A stretch of 64,000 nucleotides of DNA, from positions 3,264,001 through 3,328,000 of the forward strand of contig OZ271918.1 in assembly GCA_965602015.1 (NCBI GenBank). Direction: 5' to 3'. This stretch comes from Salinispira sp. GTDB lineage: Bacteria; Spirochaetota; Spirochaetia; DSM-27196; Salinispiraceae. Below the pieces are notes generated by a model. The model saw only the letters and a list, made by a program, of their open reading frames with translations. It was not told where the DNA came from and searched no databases. The position numbers were made by a program, and so were the translations under genes. Each line of letters starts with the position of its first letter. The stretch's first letter is position 1. Positions 9,520 through 18,984 of this stretch are shown one piece after another.

Positions 9520-11379
9520 CTATTCTATCGCTGCGGAAAGCTCAGCGAGGCCGCCGTCGGCCATGGCAATCTCGATAATACGCCGTCCAAGGGGGTCGAG
9601 ATCGTCGGTGAGAAATTGCTCGAGCTCGGCCTTGAAGAAATCCGTGAGGATTTTGGCACCGGCATCATATCCGTCCTTACCGAGCTCGGTCTGATCCTGA
9701 ACCTGAAGTAGAGTATGGGGAATCGACTGGCCGTTAACCCGCAGGCTGGGCAGGCTGTAACCCAGGAGGGGACAGCGGCTTTCGACGAGCTGCTCATCGC
9801 GGAACTTCACCGAACCCCGGCGGGCAATATACTCCCTTACTATCCATTCGGCCTTGAACCCGATGTGGTAGGCGCCGATGTACTGGTTGGGAATCAGAAT
9901 GTAGCGGGTTTTCGGCGTTTTAAGGGTGAGGTCTAAGAGGATATTCGCCTGGGTCACCCGTTTCCCGGTGGCGAACGGCCAGTACGAACCTACGCCCTCG
10001 GAGCTGAGCCCCTTGGTAGTCACGATGCTCGGATTAGCATGGCCCCGGGGCGCAACCAGACGCCACAGCCAGGCAAGCGCCGGGGGAAGAAGATGCATCA
10101 TTCCGATAATTCCGTAGTTGGGGTTTTCCCTGGTTGTCGGCGGGGTGCGGACTCCGAAACTTCGGACATCCACCTCCACATGTCCGGTTACCGTATTTTC
10201 CACGTGATTCCTGGGCATGATGACCCGCGGGTTGGGGCAGGGTTTGCCGGGAGCATCCATGGTGTGTTCCCAAATCAGCGCCGTCGCCCCGGGTTTGCCG
10301 TCGATGTTCAAAAAAACCAGGGGCTCAGGGGGATTTATGCAGAGCTTCTCGAGATTCGGTTCTTTGCCGTATTCATTCAGGTGGTCGACCCGGAGAAACC
10401 AGCCGTTTTCCGCATCGGTAATGCCCAATTTGCCGTTGTCCATGGGGTTGGCGACCGCCATGTCGTCGGCAACGGGATGTAGCTGGCAGGTGTCGGCCAG
10501 CTCAAGATAAAAATCATCATTAGTAATGGTGTTCCTGGCCAACAGAATGCGGCCGTCGCTCTCCCGGTGTATCGCCTGGGTCATTTCGCTCTTGCCGCCC
10601 CCGCTGGCTCCTTCGTGGAGAATTACGAACTCATTGTCATAGGGAGTTATGAGGCGCACCGCTGAACTGTGCAGCGTGGTCCGCCCCTGGGCTTCTCCGA
10701 TATTTAACAGAACGCCGTAAACACCCTTTTTTGCGCTTGGTCCGGGATACAGATTATAACAGAACAGCTCATGGCAGCTTTCAAGGCGGTTGTGCACCAC
10801 AACCTGCTTACCGTCGAAGTGGGTGTGGCGGAACGGCGGCGCCACGAACAGCACAGCCCGGGGTGAAAAGTCTTCCGGGATGTGGGATGCCGGAATAAAA
10901 CCCTGAAGATCTGCCAGCCCGGTGACGAAGAATCCCGCATTTGACGGCGCGATTAGCATGGAGGCGCAGCGGTCGGCGTCATCGCCGCTCCAGAACGGGA
11001 GGACGACCAGCTCGCCGAGAGAGGCGAACCAGTCGAAGGTTTCGCTTCTGAATGGCGCGAAATCTTTGCCGTAGCGGTTTTTGAAATGCTCCTTATCGCT
11101 AGGATTGTCATCGGCGATGAGCATGGCGTCGGGATCCCGCCTTCGCATGTAGGCTTCGGCGTAATTCACCGACGCTCCGTTCTTGCAACGGGTAACCGAC
11201 GCCTCCAGCACCTTGCCCTTGCCGGGAATGTCGTAGCTTACCTCGAACACATCGGGCCGGCCCTGGAAGGTTAGATCCAGAAGCTCCTGCCGGGTCTCGG
11301 GGATGATTAAGCGATTGGCGTCAAAAATCCGTTTTAGCTCGGGGGAAAGGGTAAAGCGGGCGGCGTGTTTCTGGCTCAT
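9520..11379 (-). CDS. DUF4914 family protein with PEP-carboxykinase-like motifs
   Basis: SAKKG, LHSSA, GASGGGKSE, VADDM, NPRV motifs. Start set at MSQKH (ATG 11379) with GGAGA RBS. Confidence 0.8.
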   Translation of the reverse strand: MSQKHAARFTLSPELKRIFDANRLIIPETRQELLDLTFQGRPDVFEVSYDIPGKGKVLEASVTRCKNGASVNYAEAYMRRRDPDAMLIADDNPSDKEHFKNRYGKDFAPFRSETFDWFASLGELVVLPFWSGDDADRCASMLIAPSNAGFFVTGLADLQGFIPASHIPEDFSPRAVLFVAPPFRHTHFDGKQVVVHNRLESCHELFCYNLYPGPSAKKGVYGVLLNIGEAQGRTTLHSSAVRLITPYDNEFVILHEGASGGGKSEMTQAIHRESDGRILLARNTITNDDFYLELADTCQLHPVADDMAVANPMDNGKLGITDAENGWFLRVDHLNEYGKEPNLEKLCINPPEPLVFLNIDGKPGATALIWEHTMDAPGKPCPNPRVIMPRNHVENTVTGHVEVDVRSFGVRTPPTTRENPNYGIIGMMHLLPPALAWLWRLVAPRGHANPSIVTTKGLSSEGVGSYWPFATGKRVTQANILLDLTLKTPKTRYILIPNQYIGAYHIGFKAEWIVREYIARRGSVKFRDEQLVESRCPLLGYSLPSLRVNGQSIPHTLLQVQDQTELGKDGYDAGAKILTDFFKAELEQFLTDDLDPLGRRIIEIAMADGGLAELSAAIE

Positions 11380-11395
11380 GAGATCTCCATTCGCG

Positions 11396-11440
11396 TGTAT
11401 AATTATACAAGATAATATGTATATACTTGCAACTGCGCAA
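11396..11440 (-). promoter_or_regulatory. Putative promoter and palindromic operators of the DUF4914 gene
   Basis: TTGCGC(11440-11435)-N17-TATTAT; palindromes TGTATAATTATACA (11396-11409) and GTATATAC (11419-11426). Confidence 0.5.
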
Positions 11441-11576
11441 GGGGCAGACCCGGGCATTTGCCGGGAGATACGGAAAATCTTCTTTGTTTACTATTATTCC
11501 ATACAGCGTACGGCGGGTGCCGTCGGCCTATGTGCTTATCTGGCAGGAATTTGCTAGATCATCCCCGGGAATTTTG

Positions 11577-11606
11577 TTGACACTATTTGCGCAAATAGTG
11601 TATTCT
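11577..11606 (+). promoter_or_regulatory. Sigma70 promoter of rpmG-rpmB containing a perfect 22-bp palindrome
   Basis: TTGACA-N18-TATTCT; ACACTATTTGC|GCAAATAGTGT at 11580-11601. Confidence 0.7.
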
Positions 11607-11645
11607 CCCGACCTATTAGTCAGATTTATAGAAAGGTGGTTTGGT

Positions 11646-11816
11646 ATGGCAAAAGCAGCCAAGGGCGCGACCAAGGTTCGTCTGAAAAGCACAGAAAGTG
11701 GTCACTGCTACTACACAACCAAGAACAAGCGGAACTTACCAAATAAAATGGAACTCATGAAGTACGATCCACACGTAAGGAAGCACGTACTTTATAAGGA
11801 AACCAGCAAGTTCTAA
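11646..11816 (+). CDS. rpmG: 50S ribosomal protein L33 (no CxxC pairs)
   Basis: [30 protein letters not shown]...[27 protein letters not shown]. True start lies inside track ORF 11427..11816. Confidence 0.95.
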   Translation: MAKAAKGATKVRLKSTESGHCYYTTKNKRNLPNKMELMKYDPHVRKHVLYKETSKF

Positions 11817-11835
11817 GGGACATCCGGAGGATATT

Positions 11836-12075
11836 GTGGCACGTAAATGTAAAATAAGCGGAAAAAAACCTCTTTCCGGCCATAAGGTCTCGAAGTCGAA
11901 CATCAAGACCAATAAATGGCAAAAACCCAATATGCAGACCAAGCGTATTTTCGATCCCGAGCTGGGTCGGGAAGTACGGCTGCGACTTTCTACCAGCGCT
12001 ATTCGCACGGTATCCAAAGTCGGTCTTTCTGCATACCTGAGAAAAAAGGGTCTCACCCTCAAGGAAGTTATGTAA
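11836..12075 (+). CDS. rpmB: 50S ribosomal protein L28
   Basis: MARKCKISGKKPLSGHKVSKSNIKTNKWQKPNMQ...LRLSTSAIRT; GGAGG RBS, GTG start. Confidence 0.95.
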   Translation: MARKCKISGKKPLSGHKVSKSNIKTNKWQKPNMQTKRIFDPELGREVRLRLSTSAIRTVSKVGLSAYLRKKGLTLKEVM

Positions 12076-12101
12076 CTTCTTGGGGAGCCTTGAGCCCCGA
12101 G

Positions 12102-12153
12102 CCGCCGGTAATCACAGCTGAAAAGTTCAGTTGCGATTACCGGCGGTTTTTTT
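12102..12153 (+). terminator. Rho-independent terminator after rpmB
   Basis: CCGCCGGTAATC...GATTACCGGCGG long stem followed by a T run. Confidence 0.85.
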
Positions 12154-12244
12154 TATTTTTACACTGTTTAATGGTCGGGACTTGACGCTTGACCGCGGAG
12201 TTTCGCTTGATATTTGAAAGATATTGTTCGATTATAACATTAAG

Positions 12245-13546
12245 ATGAAAGTTAAAATCAGCGACAGTGAAATACTTCGTGAGATTATCAGTATAGATTC
12301 GAAACTCAACAAAACCCAGGATCACGATATCCTGCTCGAAACCATATTGAGCGAAGCGCGTCGAATCACCAATGCCGATGCGGGTTCAATTTACGTAAAA
12401 CGGGGAGACATACTCTATATAAAGCATGCGCAGAATGCCTCCCTTCAAAAAAAGCTTCCCGAAGGGCAAAAGCTTCCATACAAGTTCTTTACCGTGCCGG
12501 TTAACAGGAAATCCATATCGGGATACGCCGCCGCCGAGAAGGCCATACTAAATGTGCCGGATTATTATAATATTCCCAAGGACGCCCCTTACTCCCACAA
12601 TGCAAAATACGACAAGGATGCGGGCTACCTTTCCAAATCAATGCTCGCAATTCCTTTGGTTACAAATATGGGAAGCTGCCTGGGAGTCCTTCAGATTATT
12701 AACAAGATGGATGACAAGGGCGAAATTATTCCTTTCAACGATGAAGATGAACAGCTTGTGGAGCACTTCGCCAACAACGTGGTAATCGCCCTGGAAAAGG
12801 CTCAAATGACCCGGGCGATAATCGAGCGCATGGTTCAAATGGCCGAGTTGCGGGACCCCCGGGAAACCGGTCCACATGTAAACCGTGTGGCGGGATTCGC
12901 GGTGGAGATTTACGACCGCTGGGCATTCAAAGTCGGCATCCCCGAGCATAAGCGAAGCAAGGACCGGGACGTATTCCGCATGGCCGCCATGCTTCACGAT
13001 GTGGGAAAGGTCGGAATTTCAGATAAAATCCTCAAAAAACCCGGCAAGCTCAACGATGAAGAATACCACATCATGAAAATGCACACCCAAATCGGCGCAC
13101 AACTTTTTAACGACCCTCACTCGGAGTTCGACCTCATGGCCCGAAGCGTGGTTCTCAATCATCACGAGCGCTGGGACGGAAAGGGTTACCCCGGAAAGGC
13201 TGACACAGACAGTAGCGAAATGACCGAGTGCCAGGAGCGTTTTGACAAGACGGGGACCATACACCATCTTGATCCCGAATCCGGCGAGGTGACCCAACGA
13301 GTCGACATAACTCCTTCAGAAGGTAAAAGCGGTAACGAAATCCCCATCTTTGGCCGAATTGTGGCAATTGCCGATGTATACGACGCCTTGAGGTCTACCA
13401 GGGTATATAAAAAAGCCTGGAGCGAGGAAGACGTGCTCAACGAGTTGCGGGCCTGCGCAGGCACCCAATTCGATCCGGAACTCATTGACATATTCTTCGA
13501 AGTCTATGACAGGCTTCAAACCGTCGCCGACCAGTATCCCGATTGA
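12245..13546 (+). CDS. GAF + HD-GYP protein (putative cyclic-dinucleotide phosphodiesterase)
   Basis: GAF (ADAGSIY...SMLAIPL...GVLQIINK), ETGPHVNRV, LHDVGK, HHERWDGKGYP, ADVYDAL, GTQFDP. Start uncertain (12224 or 12245). Confidence 0.9.
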   Translation: MKVKISDSEILREIISIDSKLNKTQDHDILLETILSEARRITNADAGSIYVKRGDILYIKHAQNASLQKKLPEGQKLPYKFFTVPVNRKSISGYAAAEKAILNVPDYYNIPKDAPYSHNAKYDKDAGYLSKSMLAIPLVTNMGSCLGVLQIINKMDDKGEIIPFNDEDEQLVEHFANNVVIALEKAQMTRAIIERMVQMAELRDPRETGPHVNRVAGFAVEIYDRWAFKVGIPEHKRSKDRDVFRMAAMLHDVGKVGISDKILKKPGKLNDEEYHIMKMHTQIGAQLFNDPHSEFDLMARSVVLNHHERWDGKGYPGKADTDSSEMTECQERFDKTGTIHHLDPESGEVTQRVDITPSEGKSGNEIPIFGRIVAIADVYDALRSTRVYKKAWSEEDVLNELRACAGTQFDPELIDIFFEVYDRLQTVADQYPD

Positions 13547-13579
13547 TTGTATCGTTCCACAAACGGAAGCTCCACCTAT

Positions 13580-13613
13580 AAAAAAAGAGCCCGCGGATAA
13601 AACCGCGGGTCTC
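13580..13613 (-). terminator. Terminator of the pnt operon
   Basis: On - strand: GAGACCCGCGG-ttttat-CCGCGGGCTC followed by a T run. Confidence 0.75.
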
Positions 13614-13651
13614 AGTTTATTATACCATTAGGTATCGGGCATCCGGGATGA

Positions 13652-15067
13652 TCACGCTTCTTTGAATGCGGAAACCAGTTCTTCCACGACCTTCTTTCCG
13701 TCCCCGAACAGCATAAGACTGTTATCGGCAGCGAACAGCGGATTGGGAATTCCCGCAAATCCGGGGCTCAGGCTGCGCTTGATGACAACGACTGTGCGGG
13801 ATTTGTCCACATCCAGTATGGGCATGCCGGAAATCGGACTGCCGCTTGCCTCCCGGGCCAGGGGATTCACCACGTCGTTTGCCCCCAGGACTATGGTTAC
13901 ATCGGTGTTGCCGAAGCTCGAGTTGATGACATCCATCTCCTTGAGCTTGTCATAGGAGATATTCTCTTCGGCAAGGAGCACGTTCATATGCCCCGGCATT
14001 CGCCCTGCAACCGGATGAATGCCGAACTCCACTTCTATTCCTTCGGCTTCCATGACCTCCGTGAGCTGCCGGACTGCGGTTTGCGCCCGGGCGACTGCCA
14101 TCCCGTATCCGGGTACAAAAACCACTCTTTGAGCCATCTTCAAAATCATCGCGACTTCGTCGGGGGAGGTCGACTTCACCTTGCCCGCATAAATGTCGTC
14201 GGCGCTGGCTCCATCGCTTTCATCGGCGGCGCCGAGCCCGCCAAACAGCACGTTGAGAAGACTGCGGTTCATAGCCTTGCACATGATCTGCGTGAGAATT
14301 ATTCCCGAAGCGCCGACCAGGGAACCCGCGATAATAAGGATTGCATTATTAATGACAAAACCCGTAGCCGCCGCCGCAAGACCGGAATAGGAGTTAAGCA
14401 GAGCGATGACGATAGGCATATCCGCCCCGCCAATCGGCATAGTCAACAGCAGACCCAGCAGACTGGAAAGCCCGATAAGAATCCACAGGTACATCAATTC
14501 CGCCGGGTTGAGAACAAGGAGCACGGCGAAAACAATAATCGCCACCCCGACCAGGGCTTTTACGATCTGATCGCCGGGATATCGCACGGCTTTCTCGGTG
14601 ACGATTCCCGCCAACTTGCCGAATGCCACCAATGATCCCCAAAAAGTCACAGCGCCGATCAGAGCCGAAAGCACCGTGGCGACGGTGAACTGAAGATCCA
14701 GGGATGCTGCGGCGACGGTGCCAACCCCGACCGCTTCAAAGAGGGCGGCGGTTGCGACAAGCACAGAAGCTCCGCCCCCGAAACCGTTAAACAGCCCCAC
14801 CATCTGCGGCATTGCAGTCATCTGAATGGTGAGGGCGATTACCGCACCGATCACCGATCCTCCGGCGATTCCGACGATTATCCAGGTAAAACTGAGAATC
14901 TCATTGTTAAGAAGGGTCGCGACGATGGCGATGAGCATTCCCACAGCAGAAAGCAGGTTCCCACCCACGGCGCTGCGGGGATGTCCCAGCCCTTTTAATC
15001 CCAGTGTGAAAAAAACCGCGGCGATAATATACAGGCCGCTTATCAGTATGTTCATATCGATATTCAT
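13652..15067 (-). CDS. pntB: NAD(P) transhydrogenase subunit beta
   Basis: MTAMPQMV..FNGFGG, IGGADMP, VPGYGMAVA, IHPVAGRMPGHMNVLLAE, GANDVVNP. Confidence 0.97.
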   Translation of the reverse strand: MNIDMNILISGLYIIAAVFFTLGLKGLGHPRSAVGGNLLSAVGMLIAIVATLLNNEILSFTWIIVGIAGGSVIGAVIALTIQMTAMPQMVGLFNGFGGGASVLVATAALFEAVGVGTVAAASLDLQFTVATVLSALIGAVTFWGSLVAFGKLAGIVTEKAVRYPGDQIVKALVGVAIIVFAVLLVLNPAELMYLWILIGLSSLLGLLLTMPIGGADMPIVIALLNSYSGLAAAATGFVINNAILIIAGSLVGASGIILTQIMCKAMNRSLLNVLFGGLGAADESDGASADDIYAGKVKSTSPDEVAMILKMAQRVVFVPGYGMAVARAQTAVRQLTEVMEAEGIEVEFGIHPVAGRMPGHMNVLLAEENISYDKLKEMDVINSSFGNTDVTIVLGANDVVNPLAREASGSPISGMPILDVDKSRTVVVIKRSLSPGFAGIPNPLFAADNSLMLFGDGKKVVEELVSAFKEA

Positions 15068-15078
15068 TCAGGCAGCCC

Positions 15079-15354
15079 CTATTTCTTTTTGAATTTTCCG
15101 AGCATTCGGTGGGTGACCAGATACCCGCCGACCACATTGATTGTGGCGAACACCAGGGCCACCATGCCGAGAATCATGCCGAGCCGGGAGTTTTCCGCCC
15201 CGGTAGCGATGAGAGCACCGATTATGGTGATTCCCGATATCGCGTTGGAGCCCGACATAAGCGGGGTGTGCAGAATCGGCGGCACCTTGGTTATCAGTTC
15301 GAATCCAAGAAAAACCGCCAGGATAAATACCGTGAGTAAATTGAGCAATTCCAT
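15079..15354 (-). CDS. pntAb: NAD(P) transhydrogenase alpha subunit, membrane part (alpha2)
   Basis: VPPILHTPLMSGSNAISG, INVVGGYLVTHRML. Confidence 0.95.
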   Translation of the reverse strand: MELLNLLTVFILAVFLGFELITKVPPILHTPLMSGSNAISGITIIGALIATGAENSRLGMILGMVALVFATINVVGGYLVTHRMLGKFKKK

Positions 15355-15377
15355 ATCTTCTCCTCGATTATTCCGGA

Positions 15378-16529
15378 TCAGAGACCGAGAACGGCTTTGC
15401 GTTCTTCATTGGGCACCGCGCCGTCCTTCGTCAGAAGGGTGGCAGCGACAATTTCATCTTCCATATCGATTGCGAAGTTCCCTTCGGCATCGAAAAAATT
15501 CAACAGGAAGGTTTCGATGTTTTTGCCGTACAGCTGGCTTGCGTGAAAAGCCAGACTGGCCGGAATATTAAGCGGACCGGCTATATGAATGCCGTGTTTG
15601 GTGACGGTTTTTCCGGCCTCGGAGAGTTCGCAATTGCCTCCCCGTTCCACCGCGAGATCGACTATAACCGAACCGGGCTTCATCGCCTTCACCATCTCTC
15701 CGGTCACCAGGACGGGACTTTTCTTCCCGGGAATGGCTGCGGTGGTGATAACCACATCGCTTTCGGCGCACACGCCGGTCATGAATTCCCGTTGCTTCCG
15801 GTAGAATTCCTCGTTCATTTCCCGGGCATAGCCCCCGGAGCCCTCGGCGTCCTCGGTTTCCAGATCCATGTCGACGAATTTCGCGCCGAGGCTCTCAACC
15901 TGTTCCTTCACTGCCGGGCGGACATCATATGCGCTCACCAGGGCTCCCAGACGCTTCGCCGTGGCAATTGCCTGAAGTCCCGCAACGCCGACTCCGACTA
16001 TAAAAACCTTTGCCGGAACGATGGTCCCCGCCGCGGTCATCATCATGGGAAACATTTTCGGCAGTTCATTGGCGCCGATAAGGACGGATTTATACCCCGC
16101 GAGATTGGCCATGGACGATAAAACATCCATGCTCTGAGCCCGGGTGATCCGGGGGATGAGTTCCAGAGCGAAGCTGGTAACTTTTTTCTCGGCATATATT
16201 TTAAAGGATTCATGACCTTGATACGGATCCATCATGCCGATGACAACCTGCCCTTCCTTCATCAGTTCGGCGTCGCTTTTTCCCTGTTCGCCGGCAGCGG
16301 CGCCGGAACGGACAGAAAGCAGCACATCTCCCCTGGAAAAAACATCGCTGCGGTTTACCAGGGCCGCGCCTTTTTCGCTGTAGGCCTCATCAGTGTATCC
16401 CGACAGGTATCCCGCATCCTTTTCGATAATGACCTCGTGGCCCGCCTTGATCAACTTCTGGACCTGGGCGGGCACCAGCGCCACCCGGGTTTCTCCGGGA
16501 TAGCTCTCCTTTGGAACAGCTAATACCAT
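15378..16529 (-). CDS. pntAa: NAD(P) transhydrogenase alpha subunit, soluble dI part (alpha1)
   Basis: PKE..GETRVA, PRITRAQSMDVLSS, GVGVAGLQAIATA, DLAVERGGNC. Confidence 0.96.
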   Translation of the reverse strand: MVLAVPKESYPGETRVALVPAQVQKLIKAGHEVIIEKDAGYLSGYTDEAYSEKGAALVNRSDVFSRGDVLLSVRSGAAAGEQGKSDAELMKEGQVVIGMMDPYQGHESFKIYAEKKVTSFALELIPRITRAQSMDVLSSMANLAGYKSVLIGANELPKMFPMMMTAAGTIVPAKVFIVGVGVAGLQAIATAKRLGALVSAYDVRPAVKEQVESLGAKFVDMDLETEDAEGSGGYAREMNEEFYRKQREFMTGVCAESDVVITTAAIPGKKSPVLVTGEMVKAMKPGSVIVDLAVERGGNCELSEAGKTVTKHGIHIAGPLNIPASLAFHASQLYGKNIETFLLNFFDAEGNFAIDMEDEIVAATLLTKDGAVPNEERKAVLGL

Positions 16530-16606
16530 ACTCTCCCCTTCTTCCTTGATTTTGTATGTGTGTGCCGCCGGTTCCGACGGCCATGAAATGCATAGTGATT
16601 GGATTT

Positions 16607-17446
16607 TTATCCGACGGAATCACCCTTTCCCTGGAAGCTGTCCATGCTCCTGTGAATGTTGAGAAAGCGCAGGAAGGACTGAAACAGGGCATCCGGCAGG
16701 ACGGCACGGAAAAATATAGCCAATGATACGGACCGTGGAAGCATCCGCCGGTTTCGTCGACGGCGGATTGAGGTGATGATCGCCCGGGCGACGTGGTCGT
16801 GGGATCTGACTCCCGGAACGATGAGCCCGCCCAAGCCGGGAATGTTCGAGCCCTCGAACATTCCGGTCTTTAAATAGACCGGGTGAATGGTGCCTATGTG
16901 CAGGGTTTTTACGCCCAGAACATGCATTTCCTGGCGAAGGGATTCGGAAAACCCCCACACCGCCCATTTCGCGGCGCTGTATGCCGTGAGGCCCGCAGTG
17001 CCGATGACACCGGCCGCAGAGGAAATATTGATAATGTGGCTTCGAGGCTGTTTTTTGAGATGCGGCAGGGCAAGGTAGCTCAGGCGCATCAGGGCTTCAA
17101 CGTTTACCAGCATGGTGCGGCTCCACAGCTCGAAATCCCTATCTTCAAAAAAACCCTTCGCCACATATCCCGCGTTATTCACCAGAATGCTCAATCCCCC
17201 GAGGGCCTGCACGCTTGCGTTCAGCGAGCTCTCGACGGCCTCGGCATCGGTGACATCGCACAGTTCCGTGTGAATCGAATACCCCTTGCCGGAACATTCT
17301 TCCCGGAACTGGTGGAGGGCTTCCCGATTGAAATCCCACACAGCGACCTTCGCGCCGAGATCCAATAGTCTCAGTACGGCTGCCCGGCCTATGCCGCCGG
17401 CGCCGCCGGTGACGATAGCCGTATGCCGACTCCAATCAATCGCCAT
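16607..17446 (-). CDS. Short-chain dehydrogenase/reductase
   Basis: TGGAGGIG, VNNAG, ISS, YSAAK catalytic motif. Confidence 0.92.
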   Translation of the reverse strand: MAIDWSRHTAIVTGGAGGIGRAAVLRLLDLGAKVAVWDFNREALHQFREECSGKGYSIHTELCDVTDAEAVESSLNASVQALGGLSILVNNAGYVAKGFFEDRDFELWSRTMLVNVEALMRLSYLALPHLKKQPRSHIINISSAAGVIGTAGLTAYSAAKWAVWGFSESLRQEMHVLGVKTLHIGTIHPVYLKTGMFEGSNIPGLGGLIVPGVRSHDHVARAIITSIRRRRNRRMLPRSVSLAIFFRAVLPDALFQSFLRFLNIHRSMDSFQGKGDSVG

Positions 17447-17477
17447 TATCCCCCCTGGTACATCTGTAACTATGCGT

Positions 17478-18818
17478 TTACTGCGGTTCTCCCAGAACCC
17501 GGCGAAGGGTTTCTCGGTGTTCCCGGTTCCCGATAATCTGAAGCGCCTGTGCGGGATCCGGGGGATTCTGATTATACCATATACCCTGAGTTATTTTGAC
17601 AGAAATTATCCTTCGCGCCGCCGCGTCTATGCGATCAAGGGGTAAACGCCGGTAAACCGCTTCCATCAGGAGACGATCCCTTTGCTCCATCGGGTCGGGG
17701 GGGATGAGCAGCATATCCGCACCGTTGGCTATGGCAAGCACTCCGGCTTCTTCCGGGCTTTCAAGGTCCTTCAGGCCCCGCATTTCCAGCGCGTCTGTGA
17801 TTATCAAACCTTCGTAACCAATTTCCCCCCGCAGGAGCTCAGTAAGAAAGTACGGAGAAAGGGAAGCCGGAAGATCGCCGCCGTCAATCGAAGGAAAATA
17901 CATGTGGGCGGTCATTACTCCCCCGGCACCGGCCTCGGCAGCCCTCACAAAAGGTATGAGTTCCAGGCTGTCGAGCCGCCGACGATCGTGATCCAGACTG
18001 ATAATCTCGTAATGACTGTCGCCCGAACTGTCGCCGTGACCGGGAAAATGTTTGACGACCGAAATGACCCCGTTCTCCTGGAGGGCCGCAACTCCCGATT
18101 CAACAAAATCCGCCACGGTTTGCGGGTCGGATCCGAAGGCCCGGGTTCGGATTACCGGATTATCGGCCTGGCTCATAACATCAGCAACCGGGGCAAAATT
18201 CATGTTTATGCCCAGAGCCGCCAGCTCCCGGCCGATAATGCCGTACAGTTCGGCGGCAGTGCTCGGATCTCCGGTATTCCCCATGACCTCGGCTGAAGGA
18301 ACCGGCGTCGCCGGAATATTTCCGCTTCGGACAAGCCGGCTCACCAGGCCCCCTTCTTCATCCACCGCCAAAAACAGGGGAAGCAAACTGGATGAAATCA
18401 GCTCCCCGACAAGCCCGGTGACCTGGGGAACAGTCTCGAAATTCTCCCGAAACAGAATAACTCCCCCCGGCCGGATCGCCTCAATGAGTGCGGTGTCCGC
18501 GGGCTCCAGGGCTTGCAGGGGATTTCCGTTCTCGCCGTAGCGGAACTGAAGCATGAAGAGCTGACCGATTTTGTCGCTGAGGCTCATGGTTTCCAGAATG
18601 GCATCGGCCTCGCTCCGTGAATCGAAGCCGGCCTCCGGGATTTCCGACCCGTGGCGGTTCGCCTCCGAGGTGCCGGCGATACCCGCAGCGGCGATGTCGC
18701 CGGCCTGTAAATCGGAAACAGAATTGGAGCAGGAGGAAAAAAGCAGTATAATTACGGAAAGCAGTCTGCAAAGCCGTCGCAGACTGACCCGCCCGTCAAC
18801 AGTAATATATGAATTCAT
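17478..18818 (-). CDS. GH3 beta-N-acetylglucosaminidase (NagZ-like), probable lipoprotein
   Basis: AVDEEGG, NFAPVAD, KHFPGHGD, ITDALEM; lipobox-like LLFSSC. Start uncertain. Confidence 0.88.
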   Translation of the reverse strand: MNSYITVDGRVSLRRLCRLLSVIILLFSSCSNSVSDLQAGDIAAAGIAGTSEANRHGSEIPEAGFDSRSEADAILETMSLSDKIGQLFMLQFRYGENGNPLQALEPADTALIEAIRPGGVILFRENFETVPQVTGLVGELISSSLLPLFLAVDEEGGLVSRLVRSGNIPATPVPSAEVMGNTGDPSTAAELYGIIGRELAALGINMNFAPVADVMSQADNPVIRTRAFGSDPQTVADFVESGVAALQENGVISVVKHFPGHGDSSGDSHYEIISLDHDRRRLDSLELIPFVRAAEAGAGGVMTAHMYFPSIDGGDLPASLSPYFLTELLRGEIGYEGLIITDALEMRGLKDLESPEEAGVLAIANGADMLLIPPDPMEQRDRLLMEAVYRRLPLDRIDAAARRIISVKITQGIWYNQNPPDPAQALQIIGNREHRETLRRVLGEPQ

Positions 18819-18984
18819 ATGTATACAAATTTGCACAACCTCGTGAGATTGTGCCGCCGCACAAAAAAATACGGTACCTAAGTTTCTTTATTGCAATGGT
18901 TTACAGGACGCTCTCTTGAACAACATGCTTGGCATGGTTGTTGCTTATTCGTAGGTACAGCTAAGCAAAAAAGGCAACAGGATT

